A stretch of DNA of 59,316 nucleotides, the filler included, from Sphacelaria rigidula (lineage: Eukaryota), in NCBI GenBank assembly GCA_964200075.2. It is 8 parts of 8 records of this genome, joined end to end, with 100 filler letters (N's around TTAATTAATTAA, not from the genome) between each part and the next. Parts side by side here need not be neighbours in the genome. Positions count along the whole stretch, not along the records: positions 44,565 to 51,890 come from CAXNAA020015429.1; positions 51,991 to 59,316 come from CAXNAA020015430.1; 6 more parts are not named here. One strand, 5' to 3'. Made by a program: the position numbers and the translations under genes. The notes under the pieces were generated by a model, which saw only the letters and a program-made list of their open reading frames with translations, was not told the DNA's origin and ran no database searches. Shown here piece after piece: positions 50,310 to 59,316 of this stretch (positions are counted from its first letter, which is position 1; every line of letters begins with the position of its first letter).

Positions 50310-50930
50310 TAGAGTCAAATATACCGGGAACCTCGAGTTTGAGATGACTATTAATAGCAACGTCTCAACCTACTGTGATGCGTTCGCTGTATGAAAATGC
50401 GAAGGGCCACATTATCAGTTAGTTGTTGCACCGACCGCAGCCCCCCAAGGCGGATGTCAACCATGCTATCGGTGAAATAGATGTACAGTATCTCAAACTC
50501 GAGGTCCCTGATATATTTTACTGAAAACTAGTGAGAAATACACCGGGAATCTCGAGTTTCAGACACCTCTAATATGGCGAAGGCATGCATATGTTTCTGT
50601 TCCGGTTTTTGTGTTTGGCATTTTCTTCTTGTGCATATATGCTGCTACACCTTAGTTGTATGAAGGCAGGAGAAGATAAAGTTGCCGTGGGGATAGTCCA
50701 CACAACTCGAGGTCTGCCCTGATATATTGACTGAATATCAGTGTGGAATATACCGGGAATCTCGAGTTTGAGATACCTCTATTCATAATATGGCGAAGGC
50801 GTATGTTTCTGTTCCGGTTTGTGTGTTCGGCATTTTGTTTGCGTGCATATAAATATTATATATATATATGCTGCTACACCTTGGTTGTATGAAGGCAGGA
50901 GAAATTAACGTTGCCGTGAGAATAGCCCGC
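50310..50930. repeat. Head-to-tail array of about 3 MITE-like units (~210-230 bp)
   Basis: Alternating ACCGGGAA(C/T)CTCGAGTTT and AACTCGAGGTC; units 2 and 3 share internal sequence. Confidence 0.7.
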
Positions 50931-51890
50931 GTACATGGTTTGTAAGGGTCGAAAACGAGATGCATGAACTCGACTTTTTGTTCCAAAAATTGATGTAAAC
51001 GGCATAGCCTGTTATGTGGATTGCTGGAGCAGCTAGCACCCGCACATCTACCTCTTCACAACGACTCACAACTCCATTCAACCACACACAGGAAGGACTA
51101 TTGTTCAGCCTGAGGAACGCAGAGGAGATAGACGTGGACACGACAAAGGATAATGTCACCCACTAACGTGGGTGATCATCAACCGGCTGGCCCCGTCCGG
51201 GCGCGCGCAGGGCTCAACGTCGAGCCACGGGCTTCACAGCAGGGTGTAGGGAGTGAGGTGAAGCGAGCTATTATTTAGCTATTTCCGGTACAATTGCCAG
51301 TTTTTCGCTGATATCCTGTCAAGATACTGTATGCCATGCATGCATATGGCGTACTGCAGGTGTAAAATATGTCCCCTCGAAGTTGGTAGAGCAAGGAATA
51401 GTCAGCGCGAACGTGCACGACATGTCAACATCCGCAAATAACTCCGCGCTCGCAAGGTTGCTTTAGTACCTACACTGGGAGACACGATAGCATCCGGCAG
51501 TTGTTGTCGTCAAAGCGACCCAGAACGCACTTCATTAAATCAAAATAGCGTGACCTTTAGTATCTAGCAGCGGCCTCTCCCCGAAGAAGAGGTATTAAGC
51601 CTCCAAGGGTGACAGCATGTCACGGATTACGTGACTGTCACTAAGTAGCTCTGCTGGGCGTGAAGTCCCCGAGTTGGTAAGATGCCCAGGGGTACCCACT
51701 TAACGAGATATAGCCTTAGAAAGAGCGATAAATCTCGACTATGACTTCTGATCGCGATCGATTCTTAGCGGGACGCGGTGTGAATGCTAGTGGACTTCAT
51801 TTGCACGAATATTTTTCGTCACGAACAAAGGAACCACAGCGTGCATATTTTTTGTCGGGAGGGAGGGGGGGGGGGGGGGGGGGGGTGGGG

Positions 51891-51990
51891 NNNNNNNNNN
51901 NNNNNNNNNNNNNNNNNNNNNNNNNNNNNNNNNNTTAATTAATTAANNNNNNNNNNNNNNNNNNNNNNNNNNNNNNNNNNNNNNNNNNNN
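51891..51990. other. Artificial contig-joining spacer
   Basis: 44N-TTAATTAATTAA-44N. Confidence 0.98.
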
Positions 51991-54900
51991 AAAGTTCATC
52001 GTAGTCAAGTGACCCCCCGCGCGCCGGCTTAACGCGTCACACCAAGAAAATTTGCACCGGTGTGTTTTGGATCATTACACAACTTTGGATGAACGGGATT
52101 TTTTTTTTTTGCCGTTTCACGGGGGTCCGATTGGGTCGAGGTTTCCCCCAAAAAACTAGGACCCCCGAAAAACGGCAAAAAATTCAAAGAAGTAAAAAAA
52201 AAACGACATTCGAGAGTTGCGTAATTACCCATAGAGCATTCGTGCAAAATTTCGGGGTCTAACTCCTTGAAACGGCATGAGGTTTCGCCGATGAGTGTTT
52301 TTTGGGTGATCACCGTGAACCAGACTAGCGCATATAGTTTCCCATGCATTGCTCCCCACACACTATAAAAGATAGAGCAGTACAGGTACCAGGAGAGACA
52401 CGGTGATTTCCTGAGATCGCCCCGAGGAGGACTGGGGGGGGGGGGGTGAAAGTCTACATAACAGAAAGGTACCCTTCTTGAACCAGGCACAACTTCAGTG
52501 TGTAAACGACAGCTTCTTTTTCTACGCTGCCGTGATGTTAGCTCCATTGGTGCCAGCAAATCCCCTCAGATGGACCCACGTGGACCGCTGGGACCACTTG
52601 CAAACAAAATGATCCCGGTGAACAGCATTGCATAATTCAGGGGTTGAGCATCCTGGGATGCACGTTGCCTTGTCGTTAGAGGTGGTGTTCGTTAGCAGAG
52701 AGCGACTGCATGCGCAGCTACAGAACCGAGGTTACCGGCGGTGGAGATCAGTTGGCCATTCCGGTCTGAGAGGGGACCTGGTGCTCAAGTGGTGAATACA
52801 GCCGTTGAGTCGCAACACATTTGATCATATCACAATGATTCATCCGCAATGGTCTTGATGCCGCTCGGATATTCGTGATGATGTCACGCTCGCTTCGTGT
52901 TGCCGGGTAGTATTCCAGTTCCACTCAATAGTGACGTCGCACAATGAATTGATGCCCCTGGCCTGTAGCATGCACACATGGTAGGAGACGTAAGGCGAGA
53001 GGAACAGATGAGAAACACCCGCTGTAGAACTGGGTAAGGAGTAACGGCCCTTTATGGGCAGCCCTGTCACCATCATTTCAGATTGTAACCGAATGACATT
53101 GAGCCTTGTTTCTTGAACACTACAGCGGTGAATCCGCAATACAACAATGTCTATGCGCAAGGATGAATCAGCAGCAAGGTAGGTACGTTCACCTCCTACG
53201 TATGCCACGTCATGAGTGTCCGCCATGTTGTGATATCAAGCGGATGAGGTTACCTGTGCCCTGTGTTGCTCTCTTCTTTTTTCTTTCTGTTCGAGTTCTC
53301 TGCATTGAATGTTTCCCCCATCTTCATGTGTCCACGTTGGATAAATAACGTGTATCTCCTGACCACGACTGAAGAGACCTCTTGTAGCGAATCAGCTAAC
53401 AAGACAAATTAATCAATAAATGGGATAGTTAATTACTACTGTTGTTCTGTGCCTGTGTACGTGGATTCAGGCCAACCCCAACTGCGTAGACATTCGTCTT
53501 GGAGACTTGGAGAGAGCGCCGACAAAGAGCAGTACCTGGCCACCGTCGGTCACACTCGCGGTGGGTGAATGGCGTACCGCATTGATGTTCGTTTTAATGT
53601 GGTGGCACTTTACCTGATTTACGTGCTGTCTCTGTCTAGAATCGGCATGAAGGTGAACTGTCTCGACTCACCATTCGAGTGCCAAGTATTTGTCTTGTTT
53701 CTGTACATTGTTTCCAAGCTGACAGCTCCGCGGAGCAATTTCCTGATAAAGTGGGGGAGGGCTTGCTACTGGGAACATCCTGGTGATACGGAAGCCCATG
53801 CCGCTCAGATGCCTCCACCGGACCGGAGGCTTTGTCTCGCTTCGGATTCGAATGATACGGAAACCGATCCTTGACATGCTGCGCTGAACGGCATGCAATG
53901 CTTCACACGCGCGAAGTCTAGTCAAACTTTATCCAAAAACAAATGTGAAGGAAGAGGAAAGAGACTCGGTGAGCCATGAAGACTCTGCTGATGGCGTCGT
54001 GCCGACCGGTGCAACCTCTACGATGTGTAGAAAAATATGCTATCCCCGAAACCAAGATAGCCATAATCGGAACGCTCACCCGTTCTTTAAGTAGGCAAAG
54101 ACCTGTGCGATTTCTGGAGGACGTCCACCGGGCACTTGGTTGGTGGATTGAAGGGCTGGATTTTTTTCCCGTTCTTCTCGGTTCATCACTACTGTGTGAT
54201 TCCACGATGTCTGTTTTCTGTCCTTTCACTGCATCACCCCTATCCCCTTCTTCTCGTGTTGCCTTCAGCGCGTGTTTCCGATTCACCTTGTGTAGGTGTA
54301 TCTTGCGACCACGGATGAGTTCCACCTGGATCCGTTAACGTACGAGCATCAATAAACCGAAACAAATGACTTTTGGTCTATCTGCTTCCGCACCCGTCTA
54401 CGATTGGTGTTATTGTATCATCGACACACGTACGTACGTTTGCACGAGTTTTAATGAGCAACAGCGTAGGATTTGTTGGTTTTCCTGTGTTTGCCCCTAC
54501 GCCGTCTCCTGCAGACCTCACGGCACTCAGTCATGCATGAGGAATAGGTACCACAAACGCCCGAGATTCTTCGTTTGCTGTTTTCCGTATACCTCGATTC
54601 GATGCACAAAGTGCTTCCTGCAAGTATAGACTATCTTGTGTTCGTTCTTTCCGCCCATTATTTTGTTCCTTTCGTTATCAAGGTGTTATGGGTTGCCGCT
54701 CCGACTGCCGATGAAATTGCCGAGGTTGAAGACTCCATCGTACGGGAGATGAGGTATGAAGCGAAATCTGACACGTAAGATTATTCATGGTGAGAAAATG
54801 TGCCCCCTGTACATACACGACAAAAGAAAACTTCTAAATTCTTTTCACTTCAACATCAACGATAATTTTCCTTCACCATGAGGAATGTTCTTCCTGCAGT

Positions 54901-56996
54901 CTTGAAGACGGCGAATTGCCATTTCGATACACACAGCAACGAGTTGTGTTCGTGCCTCATGGCAGAGGCGGTTTATCTCATGACGTGACAATGAGCTGGG
55001 GAGCACAGCAGTAGAGTACTTGATAAAAGCTTTTGCTTCCCCAATGATTGGGGAAGACGTTTATCTATTCACCACGATTAATTTTTGTCGGGACGGAGTG
55101 AGCTTCACCCTTTTTGTCGCTCAAACTTTACACAATTCTATGCCCTCGTTCCTGATGATTGCCATACCCCTCGCTTACTACCCATGACCGATCGGTTCTG
55201 CTCGCAAAGCGCCTTCGTCTTGTGCATCGAAAATCAGCCCCGCGATGCGTCCCAGAACAACTGGTTGCATCAACATATACGACATGTCTAAGCTGAACAA
55301 AAACACGGCCCGCCTGCCTTCAGCGTGCAATCGGCTACGAATACCTTACCGTCGTTCGAAGCGAACGGCTGCTGGGATGAATGTTAACGGTCGTCGCTGA
55401 GTACATGAGCTCTGCTTTTCAGACGGCGAGCTCGACGGGCCTCTCGGAATGGCTCTGCTGTTGTTTCTTCCAAACATCTCGACCAACGTAGCGTGGAGAT
55501 CGGGGACGAACTTGCGCTGCCCGGACAGTAGGTTTGTGCTGGGGGTGCTGTTCCGCTGAGTTGGATAGGTAGCGAAGCCCCTGAATCCAACTAATGTCAC
55601 CATATCGTGTCCGAACATCACCCGTACCTCGTGCTTTGTGTATCTCCACCTCACGTGCGAAGGCCGCTGTGCACTTCCTTTCATTCGGACAGGAAGGGAT
55701 GGTGTTTCCTCGTAGCTGTGGAAACCAACGCTCAGATACCGACGCTTTTTATATTTCATGTTAACCAGCACACTTTCACTGCTTTTGTCCATGTTATACG
55801 CTCTAGTTATCCAAGTCCTAAGCATGGATAGCTATCGTTTCCCTGGGGATAGTTGGATTTTTCGACAGCTTTCCAAAGGAACGGCTGCCGAAACGCGTCG
55901 ATAAATCGATAGAAATATGCGCATGAACAGCAACACTGTTCTCACGTGCGTCGTGAATTCACCTCAGGGTGCAAATCGTGTTCCCCCCCCGAATTTGACG
56001 TGGAAAAACTGGGGTAGCGGCTCCGCTAAAAACCTTGCTGCCAAATCTCTTGGCGTTCTGATACGTCGATTCCCTCTAACCGAACAGAATCATCCGCAGG
56101 AGCCGTTTTCGTGGGAGTATTTTTCGACTCCTTGAGCAGACCGAGCCGTTCACCAGTCCGGCATATCAAACTCCCCCGACACGAAGGTTGTGGCATTCTT
56201 CACACGTCGCACAAAGCGTGTGGCATGATCCCTGCAGAAGTTCACGGCCAACACGTACAGGGATCCCTTCAAACAAGGCTGAATACAGCATAGGCTAATT
56301 CACAGTTGTTGATTGGCTTCGTATAATGCCCTTCCTTGGCTTGGCCTGGTTGTCACTAAGATTGAAATGAGATACGATCATTCTCGTCAGACGCGTTCCG
56401 AATATACACGACGCAAAAACGGTCACCAACTGCATTTAGGAACTGTGTATCAACCGTGCGCCTGCCCGCCCCTGAAGCACTGAGGTACCTATCGAAAAAG
56501 GAGCACTGGTGTGTATATATACAGGCAAGGTTGACGCCAGAGCTAAGATATCTTGTTCCGTGGGTGCCTGTGCGTGATTCAGGCGATCTCGTGTGGGCGA
56601 GATACGTGTTTCAGTCGGTTGTCGTACGCCTCTCGCTCAGGATCTGTTGGGTGTGCGTGCAGTGCAAGTAACACCTATGTGGAGATAACTTTTCATGCTC
56701 TCGATGGAACTCATGGAACTCAGCAGGGTGGCTGTGGATACATCCTCGGTCGTTATGTGTAGAAAAGCGCGATGATGATGCTGTTCTGTGGTGTGCTGCT
56801 TTCCTCCCGTTCCCGCGAGCAAACGGCCCCAACATATATACTTCGTACGTGACCTCACCGCAGTCGGAATCGAACTCCAACACGCAAGCGGTATCGTTTC
56901 AACGTAGTGAGCTTTTTGTTGGTCGGTGGCACTGCTAGAAGAACCCAACAATGATTTTCATGTCGAGCTCATTTTTTTGTGTTTTGCTTTTCTCAG

Positions 56997-58168
56997 GGAT
57001 GGAGGAGAATGGAAGGATATGACCTCGTACGTCCCTGAAAGGCTCTCCACGATGAGACACGATACGGTATTTATCCCTTTTTTGCAAGCGAATTCTTGAT
57101 GAAAAACTCGCACCTGAATTTATGCTTCGGAAGTATATGAATGCATTGCAAAATGTTTCGTCGTCCTACCGAGTAACAGCTGATCTGCAACCCAAATAAC
57201 TTGTACTGCATCCGCCGTACCCGCTGCTGTCTGTTTTGCCGTGCTCAGTTCAAGCGTGTCCATGTGGTGGTCTGATCCGAGTTTGGAAATCCCGTTGGGC
57301 GATCACGGCCTGAGCAGCTTCATCGGCAACATACCTTACACGCGCGTTTATCCTGGGACTGTCAAGTATAACTTGTCCCAAACAACACTTGTACGTCGTG
57401 CTCAGGAGTACGTTATGGGTTTTGTTTTGTGCTGGCTGCTGAACCGTTATATAGCTCGTTCTAGTAATTCTGTGCATATGTGCGCGCGCGGTTCGTGGCG
57501 TTTTCAATATGTGTCGCCCCTTGCAAGCTAGGTCTCTTTCAGAAGAGTATCGGGGGTCGACTTCCAACCCCGGAAACCAAAACATGGGAGCTCGGCAGCT
57601 TCTCTGCGTTCGCGGACATGCCCCTCAAATATCCCGTGGTCCTCGATTCCTGATTGATGCCAATTACTCAACCTTCTCGGCTGTTTGTACATGTATCCCC
57701 TGTGGTTGATCCACTACAGTAGAAATAGGGTCGACCTGTGGCATCTGCCGCGACAGAGGTAGAGTCTATGTTTTTGTATTGTACGTTTTGTATCCCGTTG
57801 TGTGTTCTCGTCGACTCGTTCGTCTGCGATCGTTTTGCTTAGCGATCGTTTTGTTTGTGTCAAATGTCACTAACTTCGGTGCACATAGCTACAATACCGA
57901 TGAAATCACAGCATGCGATGACAGGACTTGAACTAGCGGGATTGAGGTATGACCATTACCAGAAAGTCAGTCTAGGGGCTGTTTGTGCGATCTCGATGTC
58001 ATCCAGTAGCGCCCGCATTGTTGCTGTTCACTGATATTTTCGCAACTGTGTCCTTGATTGCCGTCTTGCAGATGATGGAGATGATAGAGAGTATCGATTT
58101 AAGTGGCAAGTCTACGAAGACATATTTTGCCCCAACAGCGATCCCCAGCGAATTCCATGTGAGTCTGA
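56997..58168 (+). pseudogene. Possible spliced, partly disrupted Cys-rich gene fragments, unidentified
   Basis: Polypyrimidine-AG and GT bounded segments reading DGGEWKDMTS, WWSDPSLEIPLG, CTCIPCG*...CGICRDR and DDREYRFKWQVYEDIFCPNSDPQRIP; internal stop present. Confidence 0.3.
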
Positions 58169-59207
58169 CTCTGCCGACGTTTTATTACTTGTGTTTTGGT
58201 TGTTATTCGGCCGAAGATTCACGGGATTTACACGTGTGTTGGGCTGAAGACGAGGAATCACACCCTAGATGTGGTCTTATATGATAAGCGTTGTCCCTGG
58301 AATGCGTTGATGACTCAGCGTGTGGAATAGATTTTGATCGAAGAACATGTCAACACGTGAGGCAAGAGACGGGTCGACATACATTCTCCCGACTAGTGCG
58401 ATAGAAAGCCAAGTACAACAGACAAACAGTTACATTCGGCGTTTTTCAGTCGCGCGTTTTGCAGTCGTTTGTTTATCGTTTGGTGCGTGCTGTCGATTGT
58501 CATTTGTTTCGTTATTGGTTCTACTTTCACTTGTTTTTTTGTATCGCACTTTTAGTGTGAGGGGAAAAAGTACTAGGGAATGCATAAGTATAACTATTGA
58601 AAAAAACTTGGCTATATCAAAATCATTTTGTACCATTAGACCACCGGGACGCGGCAGACACTGCGTAACTAGTGGTCGATATGTCGATGATGAAGTACAA
58701 AGGAGGCGGCGGCGGAAAGATAACTTCAATCTCTTCAGAAGATGGGCTCGTGTTAAGAGGAGGGGCGCTTTCTAGTACGGCCACAACACAAACTGTATGG
58801 GTAGTGCGGTGTGTGTTTTCTACATCTGTTTTCTTTCGTGGCACTTTCAATCTCCCCCCCTTACCCCCTACCCTTCCCTCTCTTACTACCAGGAGATAGA
58901 TGGTGGCCACAGGCGGTGAAACGGGGACGGGATACGATATATAAAAAGCTCTTGTGTTATATATGACGAAAACAAAGTGAGCGTCCGAATGATGGAGGTG
59001 TCTCTATCAGGAGTAGGATTGGTACTTTGTCTCGAAAGGGATGCGTGGTCGATGATTAGATGATTAGATGACCAAGGTGAGCAACATATGAATACGCCCC
59101 CCCCCTCCTCTACGTGGTGCTCCGTTTCGAAAGGGATGCGTGGTCAATGGTCAGACGACTAAGTCAAGCAACACATGAGAACGCCCCCTCCTCTACCTGT
59201 GGGTGGT

Positions 59208-59316
59208 TAGACACTCATGAGGCAGTGTCAAAGCCGTGGCTGTCTCTGGATGTGGCGATACCACAGAATAAAGCAACTCACTGTAGGCTGTCATCCAAAT
59301 GCAAGATGATAAGTAG
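59208..59316. repeat. Family B copy cut by the contig end
   Basis: AGACACTCATGAGGCAGTG...GGCTGTCTCTGGA...CATCCAAATGCAAG. Confidence 0.8.

Noticed and set aside
52500..56300. Possible decayed non-LTR retrotransposon on the minus strand
   Set aside because: Only vague motif echoes (GDLLAP, ASGP); no YxDD or endonuclease motif I can support
56583..56671. PWWP domain suggested by GDLVWAR
   Set aside because: No following PWWP motif, no donor site at the expected position, and an early stop

Overview
Eukaryotic nuclear DNA, most consistent with a brown alga (Phaeophyceae): long TE-rich GT-AG introns, an EsV-1-7 repeat gene, Pmp-like GGA-repeat exons and a plastid ycf46 fragment. The window is not one locus. 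It is eight unrelated contigs of 7328 to 7326 bp, in decreasing length order, joined by artificial 100-bp spacers (44 N + TTAATTAATTAA + 44 N). Host genes are five exons of Sec23, one importin-beta-like exon, three exons of a Pmp-like/beta-helix protein and a frameshifted EsV-1-7 zinc-finger array. The rest is mostly mobile DNA: two decayed chromodomain-bearing Ty3/gypsy elements plus the 5' end of a third, a hAT transposase relic, TA-, TTAA- and 8-bp-TSD MITEs (often nested), a tRNA-derived SINE and an unclassified ~310-bp repeat. The most unusual items are a ~100-bp plastid ycf46 fragment inside a hAT-type MITE, a piggyBac-type MITE patched into a retrotransposon without its TTAA ends, and a MITE whose TIR resembles plant Stowaway. 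I found no convincing new multi-gene system.
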